A stretch of 64,000 nucleotides of DNA, from assembly GCA_964016885.1 (NCBI GenBank), contig OZ024742.1:360530001-360594000 (forward strand). The letters run 5' to 3'. Origin of the DNA: Eledone cirrhosa. Lineage: Eukaryota. Position numbers and translations under genes: made by a program. Positions 61,980-64,000 of this stretch are shown here, piece by piece (position 1 is the first letter of the stretch; the number at the start of each line of letters is the position of its first letter). Under the pieces are notes generated by a model. That model was not told the DNA's origin. It did no database searches and was given only the letters and a program-made list of their open reading frames with translations.

Positions 61980-64000
61980 TCTAGAGAGAAAGGTAGGGAG
62001 AAGAGATAGTTATATATAAAGAGGGGAGAAGAGATAGTTGTAGAGAGAGGGGGAAAGAAGAGATAGTTCTAGAGAAAGGGGGATGAAGAGATAGTTCTAG
62101 TGAGAGGGAGGGAAGGGAGAGTTTGTTCTAGAGAGGGGGGAAGAAGAGTAGATCGAGAGAGGGGGAAGAAACTATAGTTCTACAGAGAGGGGGAAGATGA
62201 GATAGGTCTAGAGAGGGGGGGAAGAAGAGACAGTTCTAGAGAGAGGGGGAAGAAGAGATAGTTCTAGAGACAGGGGGAGAAGAAGAGATAGTTCTAGAGA
62301 GGGGGAATAAGAGATAGTTCTATAGAGGTGGTAATAAGAGATAGTTCTAGAGAGAGGGGTAAAAGTGATAGTTCTAGAGAGAGGGGGAAGTAGATATTGT
62401 TCTAGAAAGGGGGGAAGAAGAGATAGTTCTTGAGAGAGGGGGAAGAAGAGATAGTTCTAGAGAGAGGGGGAAAAGAGATAGTTCTAGAGAGAGGGGGAAG
62501 AAGAGATAGTTCTAGAGAGAGGGGGAGAAGAAGAGATAGTTCTAGAGAGGGGGAATAAGAGATAGTTCTATAGAGGTGGTAATAAGAGATAGTTCTAGAG
62601 AGAGGGGTAAAAGTGATAGTTCTAGAGAGAGGGGGAAGTAGATATTGTTCTAGAAAGGGGGGAAGAAGAGATAGTTCTTGAGAGAGGGGGAACAAGAGAT
62701 AGTTCTAGAGAGAGAGGGAAGTAGATATAGCTCCAGAGAGAGAGGGTAAAAGAGATAGTTCTAGAGAGAGGGGGAAGAAGAGATAGTTCTAGAGAGAGGG
62801 GGAAAAGAGATAGTTCTAGAGAGAGGGGGAAGAAGAGATAGTTCTAGAGAGAGGGGGAGAAGAAGAGATAGTTCTAGAGAGGGGGAATAAGAGATAGTTC
62901 TATAGAGGTGGTAAAAAGAGATAGTTCTAGAGAGAGAGAGGGGAAGTAGATAAAGTTCTGGAGAGAGTGTGAAGAAGAGATAGTTCTAGAGAGAGGGGGA
63001 AGAAGAGATAATTCTAGAGAGAGGGGGAAGAACAGATAGTTCTAGAGAGAGGGGGAAGAAGAGATAGTTCTAGAGAGAGGGGGGGGAAGAAGAGATAGTT
63101 CTAGAGAGAAAGGTAGGGAGAAGAGATAGTTATATATAAAGGGGGGAGAAGAGATAGTTCTAGAGAGAGGGGGAAAAAAGAGATAGTTCTAGAGAAAGGG
63201 GGATGAAGAGATAGTTCTAGTGAGAGGGAGGGAAGGGAGAGTTTGTTCTAGAGAGGGGGGAAGAAGAGTAGATCGAGAGAGGGGGAAGAAACTATAGTTC
63301 TACAGAGAGGGGGAAGATGAGATAGGTCTAGAGAGGGGGGGAAGAAGAGACAGTTCTAGAGAGAGGGGGAAGAAGAGATAGTTCTAGAGACAGGGGGAGA
63401 AGAAGAGATAGTTCTAGAGAGGGGGAATAAGAGATAGTTCTATAGAGGTGGTAATAAGAGATAGTTCTAGAGAGAGGGGTAAAAGTGATAGTTCTAGAGA
63501 GAGGGGGAAGTAGATATTGTTCTAGAAAGGGGGGAAGAAGAGATAGTTCTTGAGAGAGGGGGAAGAAGAGATAGTTCTAGAGAGAGGGGGAAAAGAGATA
63601 GTTCTAGAGAGAGGGGGAAGAAGAGATAGTTCTAGAGAGAGGGGGAGAAGAAGAGATAGTTCTAGAGAGGGGGAATAAGAGATAGTTCTATAGAGGTGGT
63701 AATAAGAGATAGTTCTAGAGAGAGGGGTAAAAGTGATAGTTCTAGAGAGAGGGGGAAGTAGATATTGTTCTAGAAAGGGGGGAAGAAGAGATAGTTCTTG
63801 AGAGAGGGGGAACAAGAGATAGTTCTAGAGAGAGAGGGAAGTAGATATAGCTCCAGAGAGAGAGGGTAAAAGAGATAGTTCTAGAGAGAGGGGGAAGAAG
63901 AGATAGTTCTAGAGAGAGGGGGAGAAGAAGAGATAGTTCTAGAGAGGGGGAATAAGAGATAGTTCTATAGAGGTGGTAATAAGAGATAGTTCTAGAGAGA
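61980..64000 (+). repeat. Tandem duplication, period 1,120 bp, second copy cut by the window end
   Basis: AGGTAGGGAG at 61991/63111. Identical spurious ORFs at 62402/63522. The AAACTATAG cassette at ~62169/63289. Confidence 0.9.

Larger units (their letters stand above)
1..64000 (+). repeat. Tandem satellite array, ~28-bp monomer GTTCTAGAGAGAGGGGGAAGAAGAGATA, running off both window ends
   Basis: The core AGATAGTTCTAGAG recurs about every 22-33 bp (mode 28) from the first line to the last. Length variation comes mostly from the (GA)n, G-run and GAA tracts. I saw no inversion and no non-repeat insertion. Confidence 0.99.

Noticed and set aside
8020-63815. All 25 ORFs in the track (ERGGRRDSS-type on +, LSLELSLL-type on -)
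   Set aside because: They are translations of the repeat. In a pure 28-bp array each frame meets a TAG about every 84 bp, so longer ORFs arise only where indel variants skip the stop frame. None begins with ATG where checked (for example GTG at 8020 and 36515), and I recognise no domain. They were useful only as duplication markers.
1-64000. CRISPR-like array (conserved core with palindrome plus variable intervening sequence)
   Set aside because: The intervening ~14 bp are homologous low-complexity purine tracts, not unique spacers. The period is too short, and there is no leader or cas gene.
1-64000. Immunoglobulin switch-region analogy (G-rich strand, AGTT matches RGYW)
   Set aside because: It lacks the dense AGCT/GAGCT-GGGGT pentamers, is much longer than typical switch regions, and has no flanking exons. 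A 4-bp degenerate match is uninformative.
1-64000. Telomerase-type telomeric repeat
   Set aside because: The strand bias is telomere-like, but heterogeneous monomers with inherited multi-kb variant patterns indicate recombinational amplification, not templated addition.
1-64000. Synthetic concatemer (XbaI-linked oligos, data storage) or pure sequencing artefact
   Set aside because: Variants are shared hierarchically between copies and change by domain, as expected for naturally evolving satellite DNA. Local assembly error cannot be excluded.
1-64000. Helical or nucleosome phasing signal
   Set aside because: 28 bp is not a multiple of ~10.5 bp, monomer length varies, and there are no phased A-tracts.
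1-64000. Embedded transposon, tRNA/rRNA or inverted segment
   Set aside because: I saw no stretch departing from the monomer and no pyrimidine-rich (inverted) block on the + strand.

Overview
The whole 64 kb window is one uninterrupted, head-to-tail tandem satellite array. The consensus monomer is about 28 bp, GTTCTAGAGAGAGGGGGAAGAAGAGATA (roughly 2,200-2,300 copies, all in one orientation, 23 of 28 bases purine on the + strand, with a TCTAGA palindrome/XbaI site). I see no unique sequence, credible gene, RNA gene, transposon or CRISPR spacer; every ORF in the track is a translation of the repeat. The information lies in the variant monomers. They define ordered cassettes, recent kb-scale higher-order repeats (periods about 2.0, 2.5, 2.9, 4.9, 4.43, 1.40, 1.09, 4.10 and 1.12 kb), and a left-to-right turnover of diagnostic variants that splits the array into domains. 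The monomer resembles a degenerate heat-shock element overlapping GATA and GAGA motifs, which is a testable but unproven functional hypothesis. It looks like eukaryotic satellite DNA, but neither the organism nor the chromosomal position can be determined from this window. Boundaries were read by eye and are approximate.
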